From Nageia nagi (taxonomy: Eukaryota; Plantae; Pinophyta), in contig JBITNC010000001.1 in NCBI GenBank assembly GCA_050084985.1, positions 30,318,001 to 30,382,000 of the forward strand: a DNA stretch of 64,000 nt. Direction: 5' to 3'. Shown here piece after piece: positions 53,960 to 64,000 of the stretch. Numbering within the stretch: position 1 is the first letter of the stretch; each line of letters starts with the position of its first letter. The notes below the pieces were generated by a model that saw nothing but the letters and a program-made list of their open reading frames with translations, was not told the DNA's origin and did no database searches. The translations under genes were made by a program, and so were the position numbers.

Positions 53960-54694
53960 TTAAAAAATCAAATCTTTTATAATAAAAAATATCAATTAGA
54001 AATTTCAATTACCTAGATAATTATAATAACTTAACATAGTACTTTATAATTATATTGGAATGCATGTTTTAGTTTTATTGTTAGTTTGATAAAGTTAGTA
54101 TGAATTTCATACATTTTTCTTTCCCATATCAATTATACTTGAAGAAATGTGATGTTACAGTAATCCTCTAAATTTTGTAACTCATAATGATTGAGGGAGC
54201 AATCCATCATATTTTACTGGTATACAAAGATGATGCAACATATTTATGGTTTTTAATACATTTCAATAGTTATAATATAATTTCTATTCACTATGATGTT
54301 ATGTGGATTTTTCTTATGCATTATTAAGAGGATATATCGTATGTGGATACTTTATTTTATTATTATATTTTCTACTAATATGATTACAAATTACTAGAGT
54401 AAAATAACATGCAAATACCATATTATCAAAGTGAATACATGAAAATTTCATATTCTAATGTAATAGTTGAAATTCATAATATTATAATAAGCTTTCATTT
54501 CATAAAAAATTAACTATGCATTTGTTTACTATAAATTTTATGTATAATTTAAAAAATAAATACTTATCTGTAACTCTAAAAACCAATGAATATAAATTAT
54601 TTATCAATTATTCAAGATCATATAAATTCTTTTTATGTATAATCTTAATAATTTACAAGATAATAAAATAAATAATAATAATTTAAAAAACTAT

Positions 54695-54707
54695 AATAAT
54701 AATAATG

Positions 54708-54745
<38 letters not shown>
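54695..54745. repeat. (AAT)n microsatellite
   Basis: Direct observation. Confidence 0.92.
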
Positions 54746-54746
<1 letters not shown>

Positions 54747-56750
54747 TAAGTATAATAATACAAAGTTAATTGTTAAAAATTATCTTGATTTGTAGAGACA
54801 TTTTGAAAAAAAAAAAAAGTATATCGTTATGTACATATCAATAATTTTTTACTTGCAAAAGTATCAAAGAATAACGATTGTTGTTAAGTTATAAGTTAAT
54901 AGATATAATAGTAAAATATCAATATGTAGTATTAGTAAAAATAATTTATCAGACATAATAATTCTAAATTGACCGAAATGATTATGCAAATAAATATTTA
55001 TTGTAAATATAATCTTCTTGTAATTATAAGACAATAATTATGTGTTTGTAGCAATTGAAATCTAATAAAATATTTTTTATATTCTTCACAAGAAAACATT
55101 ACATTCAATCAAATAAAAGTTAAGATAAATAATAAGATAAATGCTGAACTACACTGTTTTAGATATATCATTACAAAACAAAATAACCTCCATATAAGAA
55201 ATATTAAAATTCTAATGGAAAATTTTTATATTCAATCAAATAAAAAATATTATATATAATAATTAGAAATGAATTTAAATAATAATATACTAAGGAAAGT
55301 ATTCAATAAAAATAAGTTCATATCTTTTTCAAAGTATGATATTGAACTATCATTTTTTAAAAGATCATATTTATAATTAATAAAACATGTTATTATGGTA
55401 AATTTATTTTTGATATTATTTAATTCATTAAATATTTGTTTTAATTTTTTATATTAGATAAGATGTCTTATTTATCAATTAAAAGATATAGTATAATGAT
55501 AGGCAACATTAGTGGCCATGTGAACAAAAAAAAAAGCTAAAAAATTAAAAAATTAAATCCAAAGGCTAAAAACTATTTAATGGTTGATCTGCTCTCTAGC
55601 AAATTTTGAGTCATCGATGTGAAAATTAACTTCCATAACTCAAAGGAAGATGAGGTTCCAAAGCTCAAAGGAGGATGCCTACGACATAAAAATAAGCTTC
55701 CAAAGCTCAATTATCTATTTTTTAAAAAGTATAGCTTCCACTTTGTTAAGATACCTCCCCCTTTAAAAAAAATCAAATATATATAGCTCCAAAAATATAA
55801 TAGGAAGGGATGGGTTGGTTAGTGTGGGGTTTGAAGTAGGGGGCACGTCCATCATGGGGGTAAGTGGTGGGGGGAAGGCAGTTTGGGGGTAGTCGACAGC
55901 TGGTAGTGCAACGATTTCTACCATCATGCAGAGGTATTGGGATGGCATGAGAGGGGCACGCAGTACCGCAGCAAGGGCGATGCAATGTGAACGGGTCGAT
56001 TGGAACAACCACATGTCTCTTTTCTTTTATTACTATTTTTATTAAAAGAAAAAATAGTTTCTTATTTTTTTATTTATAATTATTTAAAAGTCCTTTCTCT
56101 TTTTTATTTGAAAAAAACTTAACTATTCTTTAAAGGATGCACATAAATATTTTGTTTTAAATGTAATCAAATGTATATATTTTTATTAGAAAAAAAAAAT
56201 TATAAAGTAACTTCTTACATTTTTTATTAAATAACATATTGCCGTATGATTTTAGAAAATAGTAGGCTTCAACATATTATAAAAATATAATATATAATAA
56301 TAATATTTTTGAGAAATAAATTTTTATTGTAAAGATAACATATTTGTAAAGTTGTGACACTCATTTTTTTTTTATGTTTCTACACTAAACTTTAGTGTAA
56401 AAAATTGTATTTTTTTTAATATTCAAAAATTTACAAATTTAAATTAAAAATAAACTTCATGATAACAATTATTACTATATTTTAAGCAAATTTACTTAAA
56501 ATAATTACAACTTTCAATATAATGTAAGTAAAAAAATTGCATAGCAATAACATGTAAGCAATTGTTTCAAAAATAATAAACTAACATATAGTAAAAATAT
56601 GTTAGTATCATTGAAAATAATCCCAAAAAAATGAAAGAGAGTTGTTAAACCTTAAAGTTAATTTTATCTCACCAATGAAGTAGGAGAAATAAGTAGGAAT
56701 GACCTCCAAGATGTTGAAGAGCAACCTTCAAGGATGGCTCTAGATGCCCT

Positions 56751-57289
56751 TGAAATAACTAAGCCTAAATAAATCAAACCAAGATCTCATGAAATATGTC
56801 TAAAATATCATCATAATAACATAAACACAATAGTCAATCTCACAAAGTTAACACCAATATAAAGTGGTTCCTTCAATTAAAGGGTATATCCCCTAATCTA
56901 AGATCTTATTATCAAGAACACTCTCTTACAAGGCCTTTTTCTACTTCTCTCAATAATTCTAGAGCATAGCTTTTCTACAAATTTAAGTGAGCAATCTCAA
57001 GGAAAGAGCCCTCTATTTAGTGGTCAAAATCCTCCCTTGGATCACTCTACATTCTACAATGTCATAACATACATCACCTTTTTGCCTTAGGGGCTTGCTC
57101 ATGAGATGGAGTATAGGATAAGTTATATTATTTTATTCATAAATACTTAAAAGGTATCTAGGGATACTTTTAAGTATTAGTGAATTTACATTATCATATT
57201 TACTAAATACTTAAGGTATCTAGGATAACTTTAAGTATTAAATGAATTACATAAAGAGACCTTACAATAATGCATTATACTTTCCAATA
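56751..57289 (-). repeat. 5' LTR of V
   Basis: Direct repeat with 41875-42432; followed on minus by PBS. Confidence 0.92.
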
Positions 57290-57660
57290 AGGTCAACATC
57301 CTTCGACATACAAATTGACTCTCCAACTCCTTAAATGATTTGTAATGATTAAAACTAATTCAACTTCCTTCTTCAAAAATTCTGAAGACATTGGTGATAT
57401 CCATTCCATAGATCTATGCCACCAAATTATAATAAAATATATTAGATATTGATCATGAATATGCTTGATATCCATATTCACTCTAAGTTATCCGATCTTT
57501 AAAGTAGAACCTTTCTAATCATAACCCCCTAATGAGGAGTCTTTTTATTCTCAAAAACTTACTTTAGAATATGAAGTAATAATCCCCCACCTTGGTTTTA
57601 TCATGCCATTTATGTCTAGTGATTATCTATTATTTTAACCAAACTAACAAATATTCTTGT
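57290..57660 (-). mobile_element. Upstream part of the RNase-H-bearing LINE fragment interrupted by V
   Basis: Minus-strand GVMIR (~57528-57514) and LRSWRVNLYVEG (ORF 57293-57481) run into the TSD. Confidence 0.45.
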
Positions 57661-59270
57661 TGTAGCTATGTATATCTATTTTGGTACACCTAGGATTACC
57701 TCTAAATGAACTAAATATATATATTTAATATACATTTAATTGTATGAAAAATCAAAGCCAATTAACTCCAAAAAATATAGTTGAATAAGAAAATTCAATA
57801 GATTAGTATCAGCATAATGAAATTACATTAATATCAATATGTAAAATGAAATGACACATACTAAAGAGAAAGGAATCAAGTGAAAGATAAATACTTATGT
57901 ATCTTTACCTATTTTGATGGTTGAAGATATGAAGAGAAAACTTGAAGAATGGTGAACTTGTTGTATGAACCCCAAGACCCAATGTAGAAGAAACACCAAT
58001 ATGTACACTAGTCTTAGAGAGCTCATCATAGGCATGGACCTCAATGTGGGCACTAACGATCTTGAAGAATGAAGTTTACCAGTAAGAGTTGATGAAAGTA
58101 AAGATAACAATAAGTTGAATCGAGCATATGATCATAGAAATAGATGATAGATATTCACTCAAGTGATAATAAAATTTTAATCTCAATAGGTGGTATTTAG
58201 AAATATTCAAGTGCATAGTACCAACTATCGAGATGTAATCTTGACATGCTTTCCCCAAGTTAGGGATATTTACATTTATATCAAGCATAATTCACTATTT
58301 GACCCCTTATATGAAGTAGTAGCCAACTTGGTATACATAACATAAAACATAATAACACAACCTAAGAAATATATGATAATAAGGTAAAATATGATTAAAA
58401 TATGACTAAATGTGATTAAGATATATATGTAAGTTGCACGTAAGTGGAATAATGTTAAGGGGACCACTTTTAGGTATTAACAAATTCTCTTCTCTGTAGG
58501 TATAATCAAATTGAATCTCTAAATGCAATTATACTTGCAAAAAAAGTAAATATTAAGAGAAGAAAAATTTGATACTTCCCTAATTTAGTTGTTTGGATCA
58601 TCAAGAATTTGATTATCTATATTTCCTCTCTTTGCCTTGGTTATGAGATGTAATGGCTTGCATGTAGTAGAATTATCCAAGAACAAATAATGAATCTAAA
58701 AATAAGAGATAAATACTTCCAAACATATATATTATTGTTAACTCATAAAAGATATAGCAACAGATATTAAGAGAGAATATCATAGCATTTCATCAAATGA
58801 TATAGTAATAATGCAACAAGGATGAAATTAATATACTATACATACATCATCTTGAGAACACTAAATATAAAAATATTCAATATTTAATTCTTTGATGCAT
58901 GCATAAGAAATCATGATAAAGGTGTATCCACACTATCATGGGGTACATGCCCCATTCTTAAATGGAACACATGTAATCATAATTGTATATGTTAACAACT
59001 TCATAAGATACATACTCATTCCTAGATGTAACATATGAATCAAGCGAGAACAATATGGTGATAATTAGTTGAGACCTAACCAACAAAGGTGACTCAAAGA
59101 TGGAGGTTAGTAAAGCCCCAACCAACAAAGGTAACTTAAAGACATGGATGGTTTGAATATTTCTTAGTTATGTTATATGATATGTCAAACATCATGAAGT
59201 ATATACCCTATTCTTAGGTGTGATTAAAGGTTGATTGATTTGAATATTTATTAATCATGCATGATTATAG
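57660..59270 (-). mobile_element. Second X-family copy (X'): 3' LTR ~57660-58482 plus 3' internal region
   Basis: Reverse complement of ~20220-21838. ORF 58076-58288 parallels ORF 8525-8716 (GT.HL..SK..LLRL). Interrupted by U at 59271. Confidence 0.85.
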
Positions 59271-62200
59271 TTTTGGAATGTATAATGCATTATTGTAAAG
59301 GTTATGTAATAATATTATATGTAAGTTCACTAATACTTAAGTGTATCATTTGATACCTTAAATATTTAAGTGAATATGATAATGTAACTTATCTTACACT
59401 CCATTTCATGAGCATGCACCTTGGGTAAAAGGATATGCATGTCATGCTTTTGTACATTGGATAAAAGGGTGATCCAAAAAGAGATTTTGGCCTATATATA
59501 TGCTATAGAATAGTGTTTAGGAGAAAATTTAAGAGATTGTAAGAGTTCATATTAGTGAATGAAGTGAGATCTAATTATGGATTTACTCCTAGTTGGAGGA
59601 ACCACTTACATCTTATGTTATCATTATAAGATTACTTTGTGATTTTGTTAGATATGTATTATGAACTTTTATGTGATCTTGGGAGTTTAGAGTTTTCATG
59701 TTATAGTTCAATTCTCTCATACGGTATCAGAGCTCTTTAGAAGCTCCTCTTCACATCTTTGGTGTGGAAGCTTTTCTTCATTATTCAACTTACTTTTTTA
59801 CTATGAGGTAAAATCAAAAAAATATATAATGTTCTTCATTTTGTCTTTTGGGCTTATTTTGCTATTGCTACTAACATATTACTTGCTATGTGTTAGTCTT
59901 TTTTTTTTTAAATATGGCTAACAAAGTTGCATTTATTTATAACTCTCTATATTACTTGCAATTTTTCACTACAATTTTTTTTTAAAAGGGGGATTAATAT
60001 CAAAATAGCATTATGTTTGAAACAAGTATGTATGTTACATATTATTGTTATATTGCTAACATTATTTAAATGTTGGTTGCTATTTTTTTTCTCAAACATA
60101 TATTGTTGCTATTTTTTATTTTTTTTTTAATTGAAAGTAACAATAATATACTAGGAGCACCAAACTTAGCTCAATCTATAATTTTATTCATATATTGATA
60201 TAAATAAAAATTACAAAATTGATTTAACTCAAAATTCATTATGAGATATTAAAATAATTAATTCCACCCTTCTTGCATGTAGCTCTCTTGTGCACCATGA
60301 CCTACTAATGGTCTAGCCTTCTCTCACTACCCTTCACCCTCGTCAAGCCTTGACCATTTTTTATTTCTTACTAATGGTAGCTATAGGGTTTTGTGGCATG
60401 GATGATAGACATTTTTAAACTATCTCTTGCAACCTTGTGTTGCCTCTACCTTCATGGTTTTTTGATGCCTCCCTCTCCTTACCACCTTCAATTTGTCACT
60501 CTCCAAAATTGAGCTATCCAACCTCAGTATTCATGCTCTGGTTAGAGAGCCAATAGCTAACTTTGGAACGTTTGCTAGTATTCTCATTTCTTCATGAAGA
60601 AGATAAGGGGATGCTATATAAAGTTTTCTTCCATATCTCAAAGTCATCACCTTCTCTAAAATCCAAATATCAAAGCCCATGTGAATTATTTCTCCTCCTC
60701 TCCATTGCACTCCTCACATGGCCCTCTTTGATATCTCTATCTTCGAGCCATTCTTAACTGCTACTGATACTTTACAGTACTCTTAATGCATAGCATCCAA
60801 GCAAATATTTCTAAACTCAACTCTTGTGGATGGATCCACACACCCGAAAATGATTACCTTAAGTGCCTTTTAGAACCCCATAGGTGTGCCTTCACTATCA
60901 AATGTCACTCATCATTTCTCTAGTTTAAGTATCTTACTTCTCTTGGCAGGTGGATTGTTGGTTTTCCCATTGCGATCACCAATGAAGGAAGCAACCCTAC
61001 ACAAATTAACTCCTCCACCTCCCTTGCATACCCATCTTACATTGTCCTCCCAATCTACTAACATGGAAAAAGTAAAAGGAGACCTTGTGTGTAGCCTTGC
61101 TTGTATTACTTGCTTATTTTGGGGTATTTAATTATTTACTTGCTTACTTGTTTTGGGGCATTTAATTGTTCACTTGCTTGCTTGACTTTATTTAAAAAAA
61201 AAAACATCATCTCTCACCTACCAACTTAATTGCATAAAGTGGCTGAGGATTTCTTCCCTTTATTTAATTCCTTGTAGGATTTATAGATAGGTTAAAAGAT
61301 GGTACTTTAAACTTTTTTTAAGCACTTTTCTTTAGTCAAGAATTTGATTTGCTTAAACCATCATTACTTTAGGTTGAACTCATTAACTATGATGAGTTAT
61401 CTTTTTAAAAAGAATGAAGGGTCAAAACTAAAAAAATTAGTTCAAGTAATAATACTTTTAGATATATGGTATTAAGGAGAAATTTTTGCATTGATAGGAA
61501 TACAATTTTTTTAAAAGTATAAACTTGACATTTTTTAAGTGATAAATTTGTTTGCTTGCAATTTGTTTTTACTATACTAAGCATTTATTGAAGTAATCTT
61601 TCTTTTTAAGTAAAAAAAGGGGAAATATTTATGAATCTCTTTACTTAAACATTTAGATTCTTTATGCTTAAAGTACGTATTTATCACTTAGAAACTTTTA
61701 TACTTGTGCAATTGATACATGCTTATGCTTAGTACTTAAAATTTTATGCATGCTTAATACTTATTTGTTAAGTTAAATACATGCTTTTGCTTAAATGATA
61801 CATGTTTAGTACTTAAATGTTTAAGTTAATGATACTTGCTTAGAGCTTAAATTTCGTAAGTTAATGCTTACTACTTAAAAGTTAAAAGAATGCTTAGTAC
61901 TTATGTTTAGTACTTAATTTCTTAATTTATGATGTAATTTACTTCTTTATGCAAAATGGACTTATGCAAAATTAGGAATGATATAAAGATGTCCTTTAAG
62001 GTTAGTAAAAAAAATCCATTGGACACTTAGGTTTCAAATTTTAAATAGATGATATTTTATTTATGCTCTTTACTTTATGTTTTATTTTCTTTTAATTTAT
62101 TTGCTTATGTAAATAAAAATGCAAATATTGATATGAGTAACCCTCTAAAATGAACACACCAACATGTACATTCTACATCATTACTTGTTTGGGGAGCCAT

Positions 62201-64000
62201 GAGGTGAGAACAGGTATATTAGAGCCTTTAAGTGCAATGATCCAAATGATGAAAAGTTTGTATTTCTTAATTGCCCTTAAGTTCTCTATTAGTATACACA
62301 CATCCATTTAGGGATTATCTTGATAACCTAGGAGGAAAACTTAAAACTTGATCAAGATTAATAATTTGGTTGATCTAATAAATGTCATAACTTTAAAAAA
62401 TAGTAGTTACTTCTCCTTGTGAGAAAGTATAAAACTAACCAAGATGAACTAGTTGAGGATTGGAAGTACTTGGACTCCTCTTGTGTAAGCAATCCAGGTG
62501 AAAGCCTAATTATAGATAAGAAAACAAGTCTCAACAATGTCACTCTACCTCTATAGTTCTTAAAATGAGAAATGTATTTGGGAAAAATGGATTATTATTT
62601 GAATTGTAAAATATTTGCACTAGTAAAATAAATCATGCATATTTTTTATATTAAAATTAACATGTATTATTTACTTGGTTAAAAATTAACATATAATATT
62701 TTTATTGAACCACATGCTTATTATTTCATATTTTTTATGTAGCAAATGAAAGACTACTTTTTACCCAAATACATTCTTGATGTTTTTAGCTTTGGTATTT
62801 GGGAAATTCAGATAAAATTTGAATTGTAGGTAAGGAAGCTTTGGCAAATAGTGAGTGAAAACCTTGTACCTCCTACAAATGAGAAGGCACTAGAGTCTTA
62901 CAACACAAAGAATTAGTTAGCAACTTCCATGATTTACTATGTATTTTAGATATGCTCCAAATGATTTCCTCTTCAACCATGGCAAAGAAAGCTTGGGATA
63001 AGCTTAAGAAAATCTACTTTGGTTCAAATTTTTCAAAAAGGTTTATCATTCTCCAAAATTGCTTCAAACTCATCAAGGAGAAGATGAAAATATTGCCATC
63101 TACTTGAACAAAATAATTGACCTAAGAACTCAACTTGTTGCTTGTGGATACAATTAGATCAATGATGAGTTCATGGTCTTTATCATTCTTCAAATTTTTA
63201 TTCAAAGTTTGAAAATTTTATAATGGTTATAAAAATAAAGCTTGATGATGAAGAAGTCTTCTCCTTGAGAACCTTTTTAAGCACCTTTTGAAGCATGAAG
63301 ATACCCTTAACAATATGGTGCTAATTTTTTCTCCAAGGATAATAATGTTGCTCTTGGAGAAATCAAAATCTTTTTTAAAAAAAGTTCAACCATAAAAAGA
63401 AATTTTATCCTTCTTCCTCCAAAAGGTTTGAGAAAAGAGGCTATACAATAATGGCAACAATAAGAACAATAGCAGGAATAATGACAACAACAATCATTTC
63501 AAGCAAAGAGAGGGAAAAAGCAAAATAAATAATCCTTATCTTAAAAAAAAGTTTGATGGTAATTGTAACTATTGTGGCATCTATGGTCACAAATAAGTTT
63601 ATTACTACAAAAAAAAGAGAGAAAAATAAAAAAGCAATGGAAATATAAAAAAATTCAAAGGAAAGAAGAATATTCAAGTTGGTTTTTTTGCAGCAATCTA
63701 CTCCATGTCTCACATTTTTTCATTTGATTGGATTTGTTGACTCTAGTTATACTAATCACCTATGCTTTGAAAATGAAAAGTTTGAGAACTTTCATAAGTA
63801 CAAAAAATATTCAATTGTGATAAATGATAACTCTACCTTTGAAGGCCAAGGAATTGGAAGTGTGTTGATTCATAGGAAGGTTCTTAACAATGTGCTCTAT
63901 GTTCCTAAGCTTAGGATAAACCTTATCTTCATGATCCAAGTTGCTAGAAAAGGATATTTTTTTGAATTCAATTCTCAATCCTGGTGCATTAAGAAAGGAT
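59271..64000 (+). mobile_element. Element U: Copia related to V; 5' LTR, leader, gag and protease, truncated by window end
   Basis: LTR 59271-59719, similar to V LTRs; PBS cggtatcagagc 59722-59733; leader block ~62180-62290 matches V ~47680-47780 reversed. Confidence 0.9.
62746..64000 (+). pseudogene. gag/protease remnant of Copia U
   Basis: AKKAWDKLKKIY ~62982; CNYCGIYGH ~63564; FVDSS.TNHLC ~63733; NVLYVPKLRINL ~63889. Confidence 0.88.

Larger units (their letters stand above)
41875..57289 (-). mobile_element. Element V: decayed Ty1/Copia LTR retrotransposon with long, interrupted 5' leader
   Basis: 5' LTR 57289-56751, 3' LTR 42432-41875; perfect TSD AGGTC (41870-41874, 57290-57294); Met-type PBS (gggcatctagagcc on minus, ~56749-56736); degenerate PPT next to 42433. 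Confidence 0.9.

Overview
Eukaryotic, very AT-rich plant DNA. It is probably a large gymnosperm (conifer-type) genome; this is an inference from TE lineages, old diverged LTR pairs and strong CpG/CHG depletion. No intact protein-coding gene is present. The left end holds a tandem pair of R2R3-MYB subgroup-9 (MYB17-like) pseudogenes (1694-2691 and ~5492-6050) separated by a decayed L1-type LINE. The rest is a nested retrotransposon pile, mostly resolvable from LTR pairs and target-site duplications (TSDs). Element X is a pol-less Tat-type Gypsy (8285-21838, TSD ATAGA) carrying gag and an antisense plant-mobile-domain (PMD) remnant; it hosts a two-headed tRNA-derived SINE and a non-autonomous Copia derivative W (16008-18805, TSD TGGAG). 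Element Y is a full-length decayed Ogre-like Gypsy (21843-40763) with an antisense PMD, inserted into X's right TSD. Copia V (41875-57289, minus, TSD AGGTC) interrupts an RNase-H-bearing LINE and appears to host a Helitron-like insert with a PPR gene fragment. At the right end are a second X-family copy and a V-related Copia U that runs off the window. All calls were made by eye without alignment tools.
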